Shown here: piece after piece, positions 1-8,736 of the stretch | Layout: each line of letters starts with the position of its first letter | Position numbering within the stretch: the stretch's first letter is position 1 | Source of the DNA: an uncultured Lentisphaeria bacterium | GTDB taxonomy: Bacteria; Verrucomicrobiota; Lentisphaeria; Victivallales; UBA1829 | Assembly: GCA_905197955.1 (NCBI GenBank) | Contig: CAJKAR010000018.1 | Span: 16,374 to 80,373 of the forward strand | Length of the DNA stretch: 64,000 nucleotides | Direction of reading: 5' to 3' | Notes under the pieces: model-generated | What the model saw: only the letters and a program-made list of their open reading frames with translations | Told to the model about the DNA's origin: nothing | Database searches by the model: none | Made by a program: the position numbers and the translations under genes

Positions 1-2133
1 CTGCGCCTCACGGCGTTTGCCGCTCTTCTCTACTGCCTCTGCAATCCCCGCATGGAGACCAGGCGGAGCGTCAGCCAGACGCACTCCCGCAAAATCGCCG
101 TTCTGCTCGATGAATCGGGAAGCATGCAGAAACAAAACTACTGGAAACGAAGCCGCCTTCAGGATGCGATCCGATTTCTGGAGGAAAACGGAATCCGAAA
201 TTCCCCGAATCGCGAATTTCACTTTTACCGATTTGCCGATACCATCCGCGAAACAGAGAGTCCTGCGGAAACGACAAACGGAAACAACGGGAAGAAAACC
301 CGTCTTTTCCCGCTGATCGCCGAACAGGTGCCCCGATTTGCCACCGGACAGTTCGACGGAATCCTCTATCTGACCGACGGCATCGACACTTCCGGAAGCG
401 ATGTTTCCAAGGCGTTCTCCGCTCTGGCAGGATCAACCATGAAACACATTTTTGTACCCGTTACAACCGCTCAGACGGCACCTCCTTCGTTCCGCCTCCG
501 GAAAATCGAATCCCCTACTCTGGCATTCGACGGCACCGAAATTCCGTTCACACTTCTGGTTCAGCAGGTCAATCCGCCGAAAAGCTCCGATCTCCGTCTG
601 CACCTCTACCGGAACCGGGAGACCGTTCCGTTCCGCGAGATCCAGCTTCCTGCCGTCAACGGCATCCGGACCGTCAAACACCGTTTTGCGGTCAAGGGCT
701 CCGGATCCGAATCCTTCAAAGCGCAACTTCTTCTGAACGGAAAAATGGTCGATGAAAAAGTCTGGTTCCTGCAAAAAGAGATCCGTCGCGCCACGACCAG
801 CATTCTTGTCTACAACGGAGCTCTGGAATACGGCAACCGCTTTCTCAAACATCTTTATCTTGATGATCCTGCGGCGAAACTGGAGATCGTCTTTGCCAAA
901 GATGTTCTCGCGGCAAAGGAGGGAACGCGCCGCATCAACTTCTCCTCCCAGAAGGAACTTGGGGCGTATGACGTAATCGTCCTCTTCAATTTGAACCGGC
1001 GCCAGATCACGGAGCAGATGGAACAGGGACTGCGCGAATACGTCCGATCGGGCGGCGGACTCTTCTTCATCACCGGCAATCCGATGATCGCGGCAGAATT
1101 CGCAGCCTCTCCGCTGGAAAAACTGCTCCCTGTCCGCTTCTCCGGAATCGGGGATGGAGAAAAACGCTATGATGTCCGTACCGCCGCCATCGTCCGGCTC
1201 ATCACCGCCCGCAACCGGAAACCCACCAATTTCGACTCTGCTCTCCAGCGCAACAGCGAAATGAAATACAAACCTCATCCCCTCCATGATTTCATCCTGA
1301 CCGAAACCGGACGCGAAAGTCCTATTTTCCGTCAGAAACAGAACAACGGCAAACTCAGGCCGCTGATTCCCCGTTTCGAAGATTTTGCTTATGTCGAAAG
1401 CGCAAAACCCGCAGCCAACGTTCTTGCATACCATCTCGATGAAAAGAAAAAACGTCACATCCTGCTGGCCTATCAGAACTTCGGACAGGGCCGCAGCATG
1501 GTCCTCGCCACCGATCCACTCTGGCGATGGAAACTGAAGCTACCCTCCTCCGACAACTCGTTCCAGATCTTCTGGAAAAATCTCTTCTCCTGGCTCGCTC
1601 TCGGACGAAACAATCAGGCCGCATGGCAGATTCCGAATCATATTCTGTCCGATACTTCCGACATCGAACTCCACCTTTCAACCGGCGGAATCGATGCACT
1701 CCCCCAAGACATCATCTGCCATCTGGAAAACTCCGGCAGGAAACAGCGGCTTTCCCTCGTCGAACACAACGGGAAACTCTCCGCACACTTCCGCGCCACT
1801 CCCGGCCTTCATACCATCCGGGCGGAATATCAGGACAAAACCATCGCGGAAGCGCGCTTCAAAGTCGATCCCCCCTCTTCTGCACGCGACGAAGAACTCG
1901 CCGATATGACTCCTGCAATCGAAACGCTCGAACAATTCGCCACTCTCCCGAACGTGGAACTGCATCCGATGGAAGAGCCTCTGGATCTCGACAGATATTT
2001 CCCGATGGAACAACTGGAACTCACGGAGACCTCCACCCTTCCCCTCTGGCACAGATTTTCCCTTTTCGCACTGATCGCTTTCTGTTTCGGACTGGAACTG
2101 ATTCTGCGGCGGAGTCTCGGAAAACTGGTCTGA
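1..2133 (+). CDS. vWA-domain membrane protein, BatA/BatB-like; 5' end probably truncated by the window edge
   Basis: ORF 52..2133 stays open in frame back to base 1, where LRLTAFAALLYCLCNPR is a hydrophobic TM-like stretch. MIDAS-type DxSxS motif in KIAVLLDESGSMQ. Central GATase1-like block (VIVLFNLN...GGGLFFITG). C-terminal TM helix (LWHRFSLFALIAFCFGLELIL). Confidence 0.8.
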   Translation: MRLTAFAALLYCLCNPRMETRRSVSQTHSRKIAVLLDESGSMQKQNYWKRSRLQDAIRFLEENGIRNSPNREFHFYRFADTIRETESPAETTNGNNGKKTRLFPLIAEQVPRFATGQFDGILYLTDGIDTSGSDVSKAFSALAGSTMKHIFVPVTTAQTAPPSFRLRKIESPTLAFDGTEIPFTLLVQQVNPPKSSDLRLHLYRNRETVPFREIQLPAVNGIRTVKHRFAVKGSGSESFKAQLLLNGKMVDEKVWFLQKEIRRATTSILVYNGALEYGNRFLKHLYLDDPAAKLEIVFAKDVLAAKEGTRRINFSSQKELGAYDVIVLFNLNRRQITEQMEQGLREYVRSGGGLFFITGNPMIAAEFAASPLEKLLPVRFSGIGDGEKRYDVRTAAIVRLITARNRKPTNFDSALQRNSEMKYKPHPLHDFILTETGRESPIFRQKQNNGKLRPLIPRFEDFAYVESAKPAANVLAYHLDEKKKRHILLAYQNFGQGRSMVLATDPLWRWKLKLPSSDNSFQIFWKNLFSWLALGRNNQAAWQIPNHILSDTSDIELHLSTGGIDALPQDIICHLENSGRKQRLSLVEHNGKLSAHFRATPGLHTIRAEYQDKTIAEARFKVDPPSSARDEELADMTPAIETLEQFATLPNVELHPMEEPLDLDRYFPMEQLELTETSTLPLWHRFSLFALIAFCFGLELILRRSLGKLV

Positions 2134-2139
2134 AAATCT

Positions 2140-2871
2140 TCAGTTGAACATGGAATAGATATAGATATTGGCAGCCATCCGCAGGGCGAACTCGCGCTGT
2201 TTCCGGCTGAAATGGAAACCGACCCAGCCGCAATGCAGGTCGCTGGAGTTCAGCAGCGCAACCAGCCGGCCCTTGTACCACGCCCCCCACAGACCGTTGT
2301 TGACTCCCTGAAGATGCTCCCAGCGTGGAATCCGATAATAACAGGAAAATACGGGATGCACGCTCACGGGAAGACGTTTCAATTCGATCCCCGGCAGAAT
2401 CTCCTTCAACACCGCAATCACGCTGTCGAAAAAGAGATCCTCCTTGACCTGAAACAGAGCAACGCAGTCATCCACAAACAAAAAGCCACCCCGCAGAAGA
2501 TACTCTTTCAGGTTCGCTTTCTGCCGCGCGTTCAGATCCATTGCCCCCTTTCCGCTGACAAAGATCAGGGGAAAATCGGTCATCTGATCGAGACGGTCGA
2601 TATCGGCGATGTTCCACTCCAGCTTCATGTTCATCGTCGTATTCTTCCGAAGCCAGTCGACGATGATGACATCCCCCGACGGATGATAGAACCAGCCGAG
2701 TGTGCTTTTGCGATATCCCGTCGTCGGGAATTTCAAGCGCGCCCACGAGATCCGGCTCCCCCGGACATTCTCAAACGCCGCACCCTCCCTGCTTTCGCAC
2801 GGAATCCCCCAAAACAATCCCGACAGGAGGAGCAGCAGAACAAACACTCCGTTTTTCATCCGATTTCTCAT
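2140..2871 (-). CDS. DUF4159-like secreted/membrane protein (Bat/vWA operon-associated family)
   Basis: ORF 2140..2949 trimmed to the ATG at 2871, which is preceded by a GGGGAG SD. N-terminal signal/TM (MKNGVFVLLLLLSGLFWG). Overall pattern (PLIFVSGKG...LKEYLLRGGFLFVDDC) resembles DUF4159. Convergent with the vWA gene, 6 nt away. Confidence 0.65.
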   Translation of the reverse strand: MRNRMKNGVFVLLLLLSGLFWGIPCESREGAAFENVRGSRISWARLKFPTTGYRKSTLGWFYHPSGDVIIVDWLRKNTTMNMKLEWNIADIDRLDQMTDFPLIFVSGKGAMDLNARQKANLKEYLLRGGFLFVDDCVALFQVKEDLFFDSVIAVLKEILPGIELKRLPVSVHPVFSCYYRIPRWEHLQGVNNGLWGAWYKGRLVALLNSSDLHCGWVGFHFSRKQREFALRMAANIYIYSMFN

Positions 2872-2945
2872 CCACTCCCCTTTTATTTTTCCGGCAGCTC
2901 CTGTTCCGGGCGAATCCGCGGGAATCAAATGCGGCACGCAGACCC

Positions 2946-3227
2946 TCAAAGCATCAGCTTATGCAAAGCCATCGGTCCGGCGACAAGCGATTCGGTCTCC
3001 GCGCCGAACTTTTTAAAATGCGGAGTTGCCATATGAGCCTCCAGCGCGGCATCGTTCTCCCACTTTTCCTGGAAGATGAACACATTTGGATTCAGAGCAT
3101 CCTGACGGCATTCATATCCGAGGTTGCCCTGATCCATTCTGGAAGCGGCGACCAGCGGAGCAATCAGAGGTTTGAAGGTTTCGGCGGCGCCGTCTTTCAG
3201 TGTGACAATCGCAATGATCTGAAACAT
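2946..3227 (-). CDS. antibiotic biosynthesis monooxygenase (ABM) family / YgiN-like small dimeric alpha-beta barrel protein
   Basis: 93 aa. MFQIIAIVTLKDG...FIFQEKWENDAALEAHMATPHFKKF is the classic ABM-domain pattern. Confidence 0.75.
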   Translation of the reverse strand: MFQIIAIVTLKDGAAETFKPLIAPLVAASRMDQGNLGYECRQDALNPNVFIFQEKWENDAALEAHMATPHFKKFGAETESLVAGPMALHKLML

Positions 3228-3356
3228 GTTTTTTCCCTTTGCATTTAGATGGTTTCTTTTCCGGTTATTATATCGCGAAGCACTGGAAAAATCAATCCGT
3301 TATACGGAGAAAAAAGCAGGAAAAAGTATCTCGCTTCCGGAGAGTCTGACGAAGAC

Positions 3357-4223
3357 TCATGACTTCCCCGTCCGGAATTTTCCGGGCGTGGTTCCTTTCA
3401 CGATACGGAACTGACGGTTGAAACAGGACAACGTGGGAAATCCGCATCGAAGCGCAATTTCAGCAATCGTCAGATCGGTCCGAAGAAGCATCGATGCCGC
3501 CATCGTAATCCGGAGATTGTTGAGATACACCTGGGGCGAAGAACCGGTCGCTTTCGCAAAGATCCGCCGGAACTGATTGGGACTCAGAGAACAGGCACCT
3601 GCCAGACGCTCTATGGAAATTTCCTCTCCGTAACGCGACAGCATCTCGTTCAGCGCAAAATGGATCCGCTGAATCGCAGCCGATTCCGCCGCCACTCCGC
3701 CCGAACCAAATTCCCGATGCATCTCAATGGAGAAAAGAGTCAGAAGCGCTGTCATTTTCTGCTTCTGAAAAGGACTTCCCCCCGCGAGAGCGCACGCGAA
3801 CATTTCCCGAATCAAAGAACAGATCGCCGAGTGGTCCCCGGAAAAACAATTCCGGAACTCCGGACCTTGAAAACCGGAAAGATCCGCAAGTTCCGGTTCC
3901 CGGGACAATAGCCGCGTCTCATCCAGATACAGCCATCGCCAACGGCTGGTCGTATTCTGAAGACTCGTTGCCAGATGCGGTTCCCCCGCGGCAATAAACA
4001 TGCAATCTCCGCCCTGAAACGGCAGGATCTTGGAGCCGACCAGAAACACGCCTGCGCCATCCAGACAGATTCCGAATTCACAGTATTCATGAGTATGAAG
4101 GAATGTAATCTCCTGCGACTTCTGAAGATACGGCACCGAGGAAACATCATACCACCGGCTCTCCAGCCGCACCGGACTGTAACAAAGCGGAAGCGATGTT
4201 TTTTTCTGATTTTTTTCCGGCAT
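3357..4223 (-). CDS. AraC family transcriptional regulator (cupin-type sensor plus HTH_AraC)
   Basis: The C-terminal 100 aa carry the dual HTH AraC signature (ISIERLAGACSLSPNQFRRIFAKATG...IAEIALRCGFPTLSCFNRQFR). The N-terminus is cupin-like (HTHEYCEFGICLDG). Confidence 0.9.
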   Translation of the reverse strand: MPEKNQKKTSLPLCYSPVRLESRWYDVSSVPYLQKSQEITFLHTHEYCEFGICLDGAGVFLVGSKILPFQGGDCMFIAAGEPHLATSLQNTTSRWRWLYLDETRLLSREPELADLSGFQGPEFRNCFSGDHSAICSLIREMFACALAGGSPFQKQKMTALLTLFSIEMHREFGSGGVAAESAAIQRIHFALNEMLSRYGEEISIERLAGACSLSPNQFRRIFAKATGSSPQVYLNNLRITMAASMLLRTDLTIAEIALRCGFPTLSCFNRQFRIVKGTTPGKFRTGKS

Positions 4224-4360
4224 TTTCCAGAAAATCTCCTTCTTTTCCCGATTATTATAACGGAAAAAGAAAAAACAGCAAGCGCAGCATTTGAACTTTT
4301 TTCCGGAAATTTTATATTACGGGAAAAAACAACACAATAAAACTGCATGCGAACCGTTCT

Positions 4361-4939
4361 ATGGTCAAAAGGGAAGAGAGAATGGATACGATGGAAGACG
4401 ACGGAGTGCTGATTCAAGCGTATCTGGCCGGAGACGTCAGTGCCTTTGACACTCTCTACGCCAGATATAAACGTCCGCTCTACGCGTACCTCAACCGGAT
4501 GACGGGGAACCATGCGCTTGCAGACGATCTTTTCCAGCAGACCTGGCTGCGGGTCATCAAAAAACTGGAAAAGTACGAAAGCAAACAGAAGTTTTTCGCA
4601 TGGCTGACGATGATCGCGCATAATCTGGCGATCGACCACTTCCGGAAGGAGAAAACGTCGGCGGAACTGCCTCTGGACGATGAAAACATCGCGGTCAGTG
4701 AACCAGTCTCCCATACGGAACCGTGGATGAAAATGCATAACAGGGAACTGGAAAAGGCATTGAAGACGGCAACAGATGAACTGACTCCGGAACTCAAGGA
4801 GGTCTTCCTCCTCCGGCAGCAGGGAATCTCCTTCAAGGAGATCGCGGAAGTGCAGAACTGCTCGATCAATACCGTGCTCGGCAGAATGCAGTATGCAATC
4901 CGGAATCTGAGAAAACAACTGAACGAATGGGTCTCTTAA
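4361..4939 (+). CDS. ECF-type RNA polymerase sigma-70 family factor
   Basis: Sigma region 2 (LYARYKRPLYAYLNRMTGNHALADDLFQQTWLRVI...FFAWLTMIAHNLAIDHFRK) and region 4 (LTPELKEVFLLRQQGISFKEIAEVQNCSINTVLGRMQYAIRNLR). Confidence 0.9.
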   Translation: MVKREERMDTMEDDGVLIQAYLAGDVSAFDTLYARYKRPLYAYLNRMTGNHALADDLFQQTWLRVIKKLEKYESKQKFFAWLTMIAHNLAIDHFRKEKTSAELPLDDENIAVSEPVSHTEPWMKMHNRELEKALKTATDELTPELKEVFLLRQQGISFKEIAEVQNCSINTVLGRMQYAIRNLRKQLNEWVS

Positions 4940-4959
4940 ATCAGGAAAGGCGGCGGAAA

Positions 4960-5403
4960 ATGAAAAAAATATGTGACAATGTGATGATTGCGCTCGCGGA
5001 AGGGGAACAGCTTACCCCCGAACTGGAACGGCATCTGAACTCCTGTCCGGACTGCGCGCTCTTCCACCGGACGATGAACCTGAACGTCGATCAGACATAT
5101 GATCAGGTCCCGGAAGCGCTTGATGCGGCCATTCATGAAGCGGCTCGGAAACAGATGATCTCCCGGAAATGGAGAGTCTGGAAAATTGTTCTTCCTATTG
5201 CGGCCTCGTTTGCGGTCTGTTTCGGATTTGCATTCTACGCCTATCTGCCGCAGACTGCTCAGGTTTCTCCCCAGAATATGCCGAAAACAGCAGCGGTCTC
5301 CTCGTGGAGCACCAGCGATTTTGATGACAGTCTGATTACCCTCACCTGCGATGTCGCAAGTGGATATACCGCCATCACCAACGTCTATGATACGTTAAAC
5401 TAA
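4960..5403 (+). CDS. anti-sigma factor with zf-HC2 zinc finger and a single TM helix
   Basis: H-x3-C-x2-C motif (HLNSCPDCALFH) and one TM helix (WKIVLPIAASFAVCFGFAFYAYL). Lies immediately downstream of the ECF sigma gene. The alternative start at 4927 would overlap the sigma gene by 13 nt. Confidence 0.75.
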   Translation: MKKICDNVMIALAEGEQLTPELERHLNSCPDCALFHRTMNLNVDQTYDQVPEALDAAIHEAARKQMISRKWRVWKIVLPIAASFAVCFGFAFYAYLPQTAQVSPQNMPKTAAVSSWSTSDFDDSLITLTCDVASGYTAITNVYDTLN

Positions 5404-5413
5404 GGAGTCTTCG

Positions 5414-6025
5414 ATGAAACTGACCTCTCTTTTGTTTTCCCTGATTCTCCTTTCCGCTCTTCCGCCGCTTCTCTCGGCTCAGGGCCCGGAAGGGGAACCG
5501 CCTCCGCCGCCGCATCATCAGCCACGCCCCGAAAAGCAGTTCAGACCGGGGCATCCGCTCCTTCGAATTCTGGATTCCGATGAATTCACGGAAGAAGAAC
5601 AGGCCCGCCTGAGAAAACTCTCCATTGACAATCCCCCGGAGTTCGCAAAAGAAATGCGGAAAGTATTTCGGATTCGCCGACAGACAAAAGCGAAAAATAT
5701 GCTAGCTCTCCGGCAGGCTTATCTGGATGCCAAAACTCCGGAGCTCAAGGATGCCGCCCGAAAAAAAATTCAGGAAACCATCCGGAAAGATTCCGAACGT
5801 CATCTGCTCTTCCAGAAAAAGGTTCTCGATGATACGGAACGCTCTCTCCGTCAGATGGAAAAACGACTTGCCGATATGAAAAACCGATATGAAAAACAAC
5901 GGGCGGAAAAAGATGCCATCATAGAGAAACGGACGCAGGAACTTCTTGCTCCGGAACCGCCCCAGCACCTTGTCCGCGAAGCCGCCGGAGATTTCCGGAA
6001 AAAGCCGCCAAGGAAAAAAAGATAA
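5414..6025 (+). CDS. periplasmic coiled-coil protein, Spy/CpxP/ZraP-like (LTxxQ-type)
   Basis: Signal peptide (MKLTSLLFSLILLSALPPLLSAQG), a Pro-rich linker and an LTxxQ-like FTEEEQ motif, followed by Lys/Arg/Glu-rich helices. Third gene of the ECF operon, 10-nt gap. Confidence 0.55.
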   Translation: MKLTSLLFSLILLSALPPLLSAQGPEGEPPPPPHHQPRPEKQFRPGHPLLRILDSDEFTEEEQARLRKLSIDNPPEFAKEMRKVFRIRRQTKAKNMLALRQAYLDAKTPELKDAARKKIQETIRKDSERHLLFQKKVLDDTERSLRQMEKRLADMKNRYEKQRAEKDAIIEKRTQELLAPEPPQHLVREAAGDFRKKPPRKKR

Positions 6026-6041
6026 ATTTGTTCCACCACTG

Positions 6042-6070
6042 CTCCGGGTCTTTTGCCCGGAGCTTTTTTT
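6042..6070 (+). terminator. rho-independent terminator of the ECF operon
   Basis: Stem CTCCGGG (6042-6048) pairs with CCCGGAG (6056-6062), loop tcttttg, followed by cTTTTTTT. Confidence 0.8.
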
Positions 6071-6203
6071 GTTTCCGGATCACACCTATTCCTGAAATTC
6101 CTGTCAGCACACACCGTCTGAAACGGAAGAAAGCTGCTCTTGCGTTTTTTTCAGAGCATGATATATTATAGCCCCATCAACAAACGTATCGCATGGACTT
6201 CTT

Positions 6204-7022
6204 ATGATCAGACTCATCGCCACCGACATGGATGGAACTCTGCTGGATTCCCGGAAAAAACTGCCGGAAGGATTTTTCCGCGTTCTGCGCGATCTCCGAA
6301 TGAAGCGGATCCGCTTTGCCATCGCCAGCGGAAGGCAGTATTATAATCTGCTGAACTATTTTCCGCCGTCAGAAGCGGAAGACCTCTTCTTTCTCGCAGA
6401 CAACGGAGCGGATGTTTTTGAAAACGGAACGTGCATTTTCCTGAGCGAAATGAAACAGAAAGTCCTGCCGGAAATCATAACGGCAATCCGGGCGGTTCCA
6501 AACGTTCAGCCGGTTGTCTGCGGACTGAAATCCGCTTATGTGGAATCTACCGGAGAGTGCTTCCTGAAAAATGTGAAGCTCTACTATGAACGTCTGGAAA
6601 TCGTACCGGATGTGCTTGATGCAGCAACGCGGGATCGAGTCTGCAAGATTGCCGCATTCGATCCGGAAAATGCAGAAGAACGCGCATATCCCTTTCTGAA
6701 GCAGTTCAGCAGAGAATTCAATGTGGTTCTCTCCGGACGACTCTGGATCGACTTCATGAACCCGGCAACCGACAAGGGAACCGGACTGCGTTTTCTGCAG
6801 AACCGTCTTGGCATCACGCCGGAAGAAACAATGGCTTTCGGCGACTATCTCAACGACGCCGGTATGATGCGGACCTGCCGATACAGCTTTGCGATGGCGA
6901 ACGCTCATCCGGACCTGAAAAATCTCTGCGCATACCGGACGGAATCCAATGACGAAAACGGCGTGCTGAATGCCATTCACCGCTCATCCAGCTTATTCAT
7001 CTCCACGGAGGAATCCGCATGA
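6204..7022 (+). CDS. Cof-type HAD-IIB family hydrolase (sugar-phosphatase-like)
   Basis: Motif I DMDGTLL at the N-terminus, a Cof-like cap, and a C-terminal GDYLNDAGMM (motif IV). Confidence 0.85.
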   Translation: MIRLIATDMDGTLLDSRKKLPEGFFRVLRDLRMKRIRFAIASGRQYYNLLNYFPPSEAEDLFFLADNGADVFENGTCIFLSEMKQKVLPEIITAIRAVPNVQPVVCGLKSAYVESTGECFLKNVKLYYERLEIVPDVLDAATRDRVCKIAAFDPENAEERAYPFLKQFSREFNVVLSGRLWIDFMNPATDKGTGLRFLQNRLGITPEETMAFGDYLNDAGMMRTCRYSFAMANAHPDLKNLCAYRTESNDENGVLNAIHRSSSLFISTEESA

Positions 7023-8410
7023 TTAAAGATATGACCGCGGGGAATCCCACGAAACTGCTTCTTCAGTTTTCCATTCCCCTGCTGATCGGCAATATATTCC
7101 AGCAGTTTTACAATATGGCGGATACGGCAATCGTCGGACGGACTCTCGGAGATGAAGCGCTCGCGGCGGTCGGTTCAACGGGTGCCGTAATGTTTCTCGT
7201 TTTCGGATTCTTTTTCGGACTCACGAACGGACTTGCCGTCATCACGGCTCAGAGGTTCGGAGCGGGTGATTATGACGGAGTAAGGAGATCCGTCACAACC
7301 TCGACTTATCTCTGCACAATCGTCACACTGATCATGACAATTCTCTGTGTCCTTCTGTGCCGTCCCATGCTGGAGTGGATGAACACACCGGAAAACATCA
7401 TTGAAGATGCCTATGCGTATCTGATTGTCATCTTCGGCGGCACCTGGACCATTGTCTTTTACGGAATGATCTCCAGCATCATCCGCGCACTGGGAGACAG
7501 CATCACGCCGCTGGTCTTTCTGATCATCGCCTCCATTCTGAATATCATTCTGGACTACCTGTTCATTCTGAGTTTTCAGAGCGGTGTTGCAGGCGCGGGA
7601 TGGGCTACGGTAATCTCGCAGGCGGTGTCGGGCTTTCTCTGCCTCTTCTACGTCGGCAGAAAGTTCCCGATCCTGAAGCTGAAACGGGATGACTGGAAAC
7701 TCGATATTCCCTTCTGTCTGGAACATCTCCGGGTTGCGGTGCCGATGGCGCTTCAGTTCTCCATCACGGCGGTCGGAGTCGTAATTCTTCAGACAGTTCT
7801 GAATTCCTTCGGCTCCGTCTACATTGCCGCCTATACAGTTGCCTCCAAGGTGGAACAGGTTGCCATCCAGCCGCTGTTTTCGTTCAGCATTGCCATGGCG
7901 ACCTTCACGGCGCAGAACTTCGGAGCGGGGAATCTGGAACGAATTCGTCAGGGTCTCCGGAAATGTTCGGCGATCACGATTCTGTTCAGCATCTGCATCG
8001 GAGCTTTTCTGATTCTTTTTGCAGCCCCCCTCACCCGTCTCTTTCTGAAAACGGCGCATCCGGAAACGCTTCAGGAGATTGTGCACGGATCCCAGATCTT
8101 TCTGAACACATCCGCAAGCTGCTACATTATTCTCGGAATGCTGCTGATCTACCGGAATGTTCTGCAGGGCATGGGGCACTCCTTCATTCCGATGATGGCG
8201 GGTGCGGCGGAACTGGTACTGCGGATCATCGGAGCGCTGCTGCTCGCACGCTGGCTCGGATATCTGGGGGTCTGCCTCTCGAATCCGCTTGCGTGGGTCG
8301 GCGCGACCCTGATGCTCTGGATCGACTATCTACTGGTGATGCGGACTCTCCGGAAACGTCAAATTAATCCTGAGGATCCCTTGACTTTTCGTTCCGCGCC
8401 GTTATCTTAG
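7019..8410 (+). CDS. MATE family efflux transporter
   Basis: 463 aa with about 12 predicted TM segments. The N-terminus (GNPTKLLLQFSIPLLIGNIFQQFYNMADTAIVGR) is the typical MATE/NorM signature. 4-nt overlap with the HAD gene. Confidence 0.9.
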   Translation: MIKDMTAGNPTKLLLQFSIPLLIGNIFQQFYNMADTAIVGRTLGDEALAAVGSTGAVMFLVFGFFFGLTNGLAVITAQRFGAGDYDGVRRSVTTSTYLCTIVTLIMTILCVLLCRPMLEWMNTPENIIEDAYAYLIVIFGGTWTIVFYGMISSIIRALGDSITPLVFLIIASILNIILDYLFILSFQSGVAGAGWATVISQAVSGFLCLFYVGRKFPILKLKRDDWKLDIPFCLEHLRVAVPMALQFSITAVGVVILQTVLNSFGSVYIAAYTVASKVEQVAIQPLFSFSIAMATFTAQNFGAGNLERIRQGLRKCSAITILFSICIGAFLILFAAPLTRLFLKTAHPETLQEIVHGSQIFLNTSASCYIILGMLLIYRNVLQGMGHSFIPMMAGAAELVLRIIGALLLARWLGYLGVCLSNPLAWVGATLMLWIDYLLVMRTLRKRQINPEDPLTFRSAPLS

Positions 8411-8466
8411 AAATATCCGAAGCATCCGGCGGAGGAATCAATTCTGAACAGAGGAAGGGGAAGTTC

Positions 8467-8736
8467 ATGGTTACAGCGGTGATTCTGGTGAATGTCGAAC
8501 GGCACAAACTGAACGAAGTCATCCGGGAACTGATGCAAATTGACGGCATCACAGAGGTCCATTCCGTCGCAGGGGAATACGATATGGTTGCCATTGCAAG
8601 AGTCAAGGACAATCAGCAGCTTTCGTCGATTGTCGCCGATAAAATGTGTTCCCAGATCGAAGGAATTCTCCACACAAAAACCCTGGTATCTCTGGGCTCC
8701 TATTTTAAGTACGATGCGGAACAGCTTTTTCAGTAA
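8467..8736 (+). CDS. stand-alone Lrp/AsnC ligand-binding (RAM) domain protein
   Basis: 89 aa. VILVNVERHKLNEVIRELMQIDGITEVHSVAGEYDMVAIARVKD matches the AsnC-type RAM domain. No HTH is present. Confidence 0.7.
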   Translation: MVTAVILVNVERHKLNEVIRELMQIDGITEVHSVAGEYDMVAIARVKDNQQLSSIVADKMCSQIEGILHTKTLVSLGSYFKYDAEQLFQ

